This document shows positions 62,683 to 64,000 of a stretch of 64,000 bases of DNA, piece by piece. The stretch's first letter is position 1, and every line of letters begins with the position of its first letter. This stretch comes from a virus (lineage: Duplodnaviria > Caudoviricetes). The notes beneath the pieces are model-generated. The model was not told where the DNA came from. It did no database searches and saw only the letters and a program-made list of their open reading frames with translations. The stretch is from the IMG/VR virus record IMGVR_UViG_3300000968_000002, positions 5,344 through 69,343 of that record; one strand, 5' to 3'. Position numbers and translations under genes: made by a program.

Positions 62683-64000
62683 TTAAGCTGCTCTCATATA
62701 TTCTTGATTGTTGGACCGTATTAGCGCGATTGCAGGTGGCGGGCTTACGGCGTTCCCTGCCTTTGCGACCTGTGAGACCTTCGTCATCTCGCCCGTCATG
62801 ATATCGTAATCCTCCGGAAAGCCTTGAGCGTTAAAGAGCTCGCGAGGCGTTAGCATACGCAAGCCAATGTCCCGGATTCGGAATTGCTGACCGTTTACAT
62901 CGACAACTCCAAAACGCGCACCATGCTTCCGTGCGTCAAGAGGTCCAATCGCCGGGAGGCCGGGCTCTCCCCTGCCGAGATAATCCATCAGGAAGGTGCA
63001 AACCTCGAGCTCTCGAGCGGTTTGCGCCAAATGCTCCGCAAGATCGACCTGAACCGCACCCTGCTGTGTTCCTCTATTGGTGATCGTGGAAAGGGGCGAG
63101 TCCGCGCGCCGTCCGATCGTCCCTGTATTATGCTGCGCAATCCACGCAGAGGTAAGGGCGAGACTTCCTCCCTTGGGTTTTGCCGTGACGGTCCGCAATG
63201 GCTCATGCGCAGGCATACAGCCTTGCTTTTTAGATGAGTGTGCGACGTGTTGAATCATCGGCGCTACAATCCCGAAACGATCTTTCGTTGTGACCGAGTG
63301 AAGTGGGTCGCTTATCTTTTGCCCGCTAACGTCGCTCCCGTAATACTTGGTGAGCAACGGAGCCACCAAAGCAAAACGAGATGCGCCGACCATAACGGTG
63401 TCGAGGGGAACTCCGAGCCTCTGACCCTTTGAGTTCTCGTTGAATTTCGTCAGCATTGGCGAGATCAAGGCGCTTTTACCTCCACCTCCACCAGCCGTTA
63501 CAGACCCGAGCGGGCGCGTGATATCATTCTCAGGACGTCCGCCGGTTGAGGCGCTGAACTGCCGATCGATAAACGGAGCGATTTGCGTCGATACAAGGGC
63601 AGACTTCCCCTTCGATGTTATTGCGCTAAGGGGAGAATTTGCTTTTCTACCCCGGCTTTGCCCATAGGCATCGTCAATAACTGGTGCAACAAGCGCGCTG
63701 CCGAGCTGCGACGTAATCGTCTGCAAGGGCTCCCTCAAGGATTGCCCTCTAAAGTATTTGTAAGCGTGGTTTACCTTCACGATAAAAGGCTCCGGGGCGT
63801 CGATCACAAACTTACGGAGCCCGACGGCTATCCGGCGCATAGTGTTATGAGCGAGAGGTCGCTTCCGATCGAATATCGACGGGCATTCGTGCGACCAGTC
63901 GATAATATCTGCCGCAGTCCTCCAAGGCTCAAGAGGCCCCTCACCTAATCGAGGCGCTGCTTTCGGGTCTCCGTGTGTTGGGATGGGCCAGGTTATCGGC
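62683..64000 (-). CDS. C5-cytosine DNA methyltransferase, partial (5' end beyond window), with repeated TRD-like inserts
   Basis: Frame open to the edge: PWRTAADIIDW..RKRPLA; C-terminal RMLTPRELFNAQGFP..AGNAVSPP (motifs IX-X). Confidence 0.9.
   Translation of the reverse strand, partial: PITWPIPTHGDPKAAPRLGEGPLEPWRTAADIIDWSHECPSIFDRKRPLAHNTMRRIAVGLRKFVIDAPEPFIVKVNHAYKYFRGQSLREPLQTITSQLGSALVAPVIDDAYGQSRGRKANSPLSAITSKGKSALVSTQIAPFIDRQFSASTGGRPENDITRPLGSVTAGGGGGKSALISPMLTKFNENSKGQRLGVPLDTVMVGASRFALVAPLLTKYYGSDVSGQKISDPLHSVTTKDRFGIVAPMIQHVAHSSKKQGCMPAHEPLRTVTAKPKGGSLALTSAWIAQHNTGTIGRRADSPLSTITNRGTQQGAVQVDLAEHLAQTARELEVCTFLMDYLGRGEPGLPAIGPLDARKHGARFGVVDVNGQQFRIRDIGLRMLTPRELFNAQGFPEDYDIMTGEMTKVSQVAKAGNAVSPPPAIALIRSNNQEYMRAA

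Noticed and set aside
1-64000. tRNA, rRNA, CRISPR array, integrase/att site, IS element, clear CtrA boxes
   Set aside because: None recognised by eye; tRNAscan-SE, a CRISPR finder and the rest of the genome are needed to exclude them, so lifestyle is undetermined

Overview
This window is part of a tailed dsDNA phage genome, most likely a lambda-type siphovirus of an alphaproteobacterial host. Both edges cut genes, so the genome is larger than the window. Left arm (1-15.6 kb): recombination, replication and regulation (DEDDh exonuclease, ExoVIII-like nuclease, HTH, GapR-like, RuvC, DnaB, replication initiator, GcrA-like, GHKL ATPase, DnaG, MT-A70 methylase, ASCH, Dda/RecD-like helicase, HNH, ParB-N plus glycosyltransferase). 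Minus strand 16.2-50.9 kb: virion and lysis genes. The lysis cassette is unusually large (holin candidate, stand-alone PAS protein, trypsin-like protease, DUF5675 endolysin candidate, spanins, signal-peptide nuclease). The tail follows the lambda tape measure-M-L-K-I/J plan with a G/GT frameshift. The capsid operon begins with an Acb1-like 2H phosphoesterase fused to the prohead protease. A divergent island at 40.0-45.0 kb splits the head genes. Right arm: terminases, MarR, Dam-like and C5 methylases, HIRAN and J-domain proteins. Non-coding signals read directly from the sequence: a 16-bp dyad (TCYCG-W7-RAGA) at 11 mostly intergenic sites and a triplicated promoter-hairpin-RBS leader. No integrase, tRNA, rRNA or CRISPR array was recognised. 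All family assignments are from motif recognition by eye; no searches were run.
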